This document shows, piece by piece, positions 35,696 to 36,354 of a stretch of DNA of 36,354 bases. Every line of letters starts with the position of its first letter. Positions within the stretch are counted from its first letter, which is position 1. Source of the stretch: Ktedonobacterales bacterium (GTDB lineage: Bacteria > Chloroflexota > Ktedonobacteria > Ktedonobacterales > JADMIN01); assembly GCA_025936795.1 (NCBI GenBank), contig JAICSR010000003.1, positions 1-36,354 on the forward strand, in the 5' to 3' direction. Position numbers and translations under genes: made by a program. The notes beneath the pieces are model-generated. The model saw nothing but the letters and a program-made list of their open reading frames with translations. It did not search any database and was not told where the DNA came from.

Positions 35696-36354
35696 TTGAC
35701 GACCACGACCTATGCGCTCTACCTCGAATCAGGGCCAAAACGGCGCAAAACGATGGTTCATGCGCTCGACCTGCTCGGCTGCGTGGCTGTCGGTCCCACC
35801 ACCGACGCGGCGCTGGCCGCCACGCCAGCGGCCATTCGCGCCTATCTGCGCTTCCTCGCGCGCCACGGCGAACCGCTGGCGCATGGCGGCGCCGACGCGC
35901 CATTCGAGACACGCGTGGTCGAGCACATCACTGAGGGCGCATGGCTGGGCAATGGCTCACCCTATCTGATCTTCGGCCCCGACCTGGAGCCACCCAGCGA
36001 CGCCGAGATCGAAACCGCTCTCACTCGCTGCCGCTGGCTCTGCGATGAGCTGGCTGACTGGGCCGCCACGCAGTCTGAGACACACTTGGCCGCGCCGCCT
36101 GAGGATGGTGGGCGGACGGCGCGGGCGATCCTGCTGCATGTGCTTGGCGCGCAGGGCGCCTATCTCGGCGCAGCGCTGGGGAGCGCGCCGGGTTTCTCGG
36201 CGCTCGCCAGCGCCGCCGAACGGGGAGACTGCGACCTGTCCGATGCGCTGCGCCAGAGCGCGAGTCTGGTAGCCGAGCGTGTCCACGCCACCACGCCAGA
36301 GCAGCGCGCCGCTGTGCGATCACTGCCCGCTGGTCCACGCACACTCCACAAGGG
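35696..36354 (+). CDS. HicB-like/DinB-like fusion protein, 3' partial (absent from ORF track)
   Basis: TTG after GAGGTG; MTTTTYALYLESGPKRRKTMVHALDLLGCVAVGPTTDAAL...AIRAYLRFLARHGE...GRTARAILLHVLGAQ; frame open to window end. Confidence 0.7.
   Translation, partial: MTTTTYALYLESGPKRRKTMVHALDLLGCVAVGPTTDAALAATPAAIRAYLRFLARHGEPLAHGGADAPFETRVVEHITEGAWLGNGSPYLIFGPDLEPPSDAEIETALTRCRWLCDELADWAATQSETHLAAPPEDGGRTARAILLHVLGAQGAYLGAALGSAPGFSALASAAERGDCDLSDALRQSASLVAERVHATTPEQRAAVRSLPAGPRTLHK

Overview
GC-rich bacterial chromosomal segment; gene content and protein styles suggest Chloroflexota, probably Ktedonobacteria (inference). Left part: SAM methyltransferase, GTP-dependent PEP carboxykinase, a decayed alpha/beta-hydrolase pseudogene, an ECF-like sigma factor with an XRE-HTH partner, and rpmF-fabD-asp23-nusB-acpP. 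A minus-strand envelope-type cluster follows (AI-2E transporter, CvpA-like, double bPH-PASTA protein, YycJ-like MBL hydrolase). The centre has a stand-alone gyrA with a 439-aa LAGLIDADG intein right after the catalytic Tyr, then a small Zn-finger protein, MFS, YrdB and rarA. Next is a minus-strand signalling cluster with no che genes in the window: a 6-TM HAMP/coiled-coil protein, a small protein, DUF4388-wHTH, a Cache receptor whose MCP domain lacks the signalling tip and carries a Met/Gly/Gln-rich tail, and a cNMP-binding protein. The right end has GntR plus an atypical SHMT-fold enzyme, tRNA-Leu(CAA) with a degenerate tandem copy, and an accessory block (SDR, DUF3237-like, XRE-NTPase-TPR, partial HicB/DinB-like gene). 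No CRISPR array, rRNA, integrase or transposase was seen. Family calls come from motif recognition only; no searches were run.
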